Part shown: positions 63,339 through 64,000 of the stretch, one piece after another | Numbering within the stretch: position 1 is the first letter of the stretch | Layout of the letters: each line of letters opens with the position of its first letter | From: Lama glama | Lineage: Eukaryota | Assembly (NCBI GenBank): GCA_028534125.1 | Contig: CM052817.1 | Location: 65,288,001 to 65,352,000, forward strand | DNA length: 64,000 bases | Reading direction: 5' to 3' | Position numbers and translations under genes: made by a program | Notes under the pieces: model-generated | Told to the model about the DNA's origin: nothing | The model's database searches: none | What the model saw: the letters and a program-made list of their open reading frames with translations, nothing else

Positions 63339-64000
63339 CTCCAGGGGTCGGGTTGCATTTCAACCCCGGCACTTCCAGCGGCGCTAGGAGAGCCGCTGGG
63401 AGTTGAGGATGAGTTTGCGGTAGGGTTCACACCTGCTGTTTCCTGGGTGGGCCACGGGTCACCCCGAGTGCAATTCCGGTTGCACGGCTCGCCAAAAACT
63501 GACCGCTCCCCTCCGCCGCCACCATCGTGGATTCTTTGGCGCGACCCCTCCCCCAGCGTGCGAACACAGACAAACTACTGATGCCCGCGTTGAGGTTTGG
63601 TCCTGGGCAGCGGGAAGCTTTTAGCCCTTTGTCTGTAACCAAGACCGCAGGCTTTGCTCTGTCATACTGAACAATTTGGCTGTATCTATTTCGATGTTCA
63701 TTGAGCATCACTTTTGCACTTAGTCCTGACCTCTAACCGAGTCAACTCTGCTCCGCGTCCAGTCCCGGGATTTCTATGTCCTCCCCTCCCGCATGCGGTC
63801 ATCTCTAGCTTGCCTTTCCCACATCCGAGGCGCTGCAGCATTTTAGGAAGGGTCTTCTCTGCACCCCCGCCACCCTTAGTATTGTTTCATCTGTGACTAA
63901 TGCGTTTTCTCGGAGAGAAGGGTGAGCCTCTAATTAGACCTGGCTCCAGAGCGCCGGCAGCTTGAATGAAGGGGAGCCTGCCAAGAAACTAAACAAAACC

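Larger units (their letters stand above)
62640..63620. promoter_or_regulatory. DDIT4L: CpG island over the DDIT4L promoter and exons 1-2
   Basis: Sharp rise in GC and CpG relative to the AT-rich window; CpG-enriched sequence continues towards the window end. Confidence 0.85.

Noticed and set aside
62835..63581. 248-aa plus-strand ORF and 156-aa minus-strand ORF over the promoter
   Set aside because: Pro/Ala/Gly-rich products of stop-poor CpG-island sequence; no recognisable domain.
1..64000. CRISPR arrays, operons or other prokaryote-type systems
   Set aside because: The sequence is mammalian, and I saw no regularly spaced repeat-spacer structure or gene-dense foreign segment.

Overview
Mammalian genomic DNA, most likely a camelid (camel/alpaca/llama), judged from two copies of a tRNA-derived SINE that I recognise as the camelid Vic-1 type. 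The only protein-coding gene I can support is DDIT4L (REDD2/RTP801L) on the minus strand at the right end: CpG-island/TATA promoter near 63.26 kb, non-coding exon 1, coding exon 2 (62631-62721), coding exon 3 (60285-60775), 193 aa, and a ~1.8 kb 3'UTR ending near 58.5 kb. The other ~58 kb is intergenic sequence downstream of the gene, rich in transposon fossils (L1, L2, L3/CR1, HAL1, MIR, MaLR/ERVL/ERV1 LTRs, hAT-Charlie, MER5). The most unusual structures are: (i) a 5'-intact, 3'-truncated, tail-less L1 flanked by a perfect 14-bp target-site duplication, whose 5'UTR core is a CpG-rich island while its first part is CpG-depleted; (ii) an L1 3' transduction; (iii) a highly decayed RTE-clade reverse transcriptase fossil containing a 25-bp palindrome; (iv) candidate post-transcriptional controls on DDIT4L (5'UTR G-quadruplex, alternative exon-1 donors, stop-proximal poly(A) signal). 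I found no convincing novel multi-gene system. Repeat family names come from my recollection of consensus sequences and their boundaries are approximate unless a TSD or TIR is quoted.
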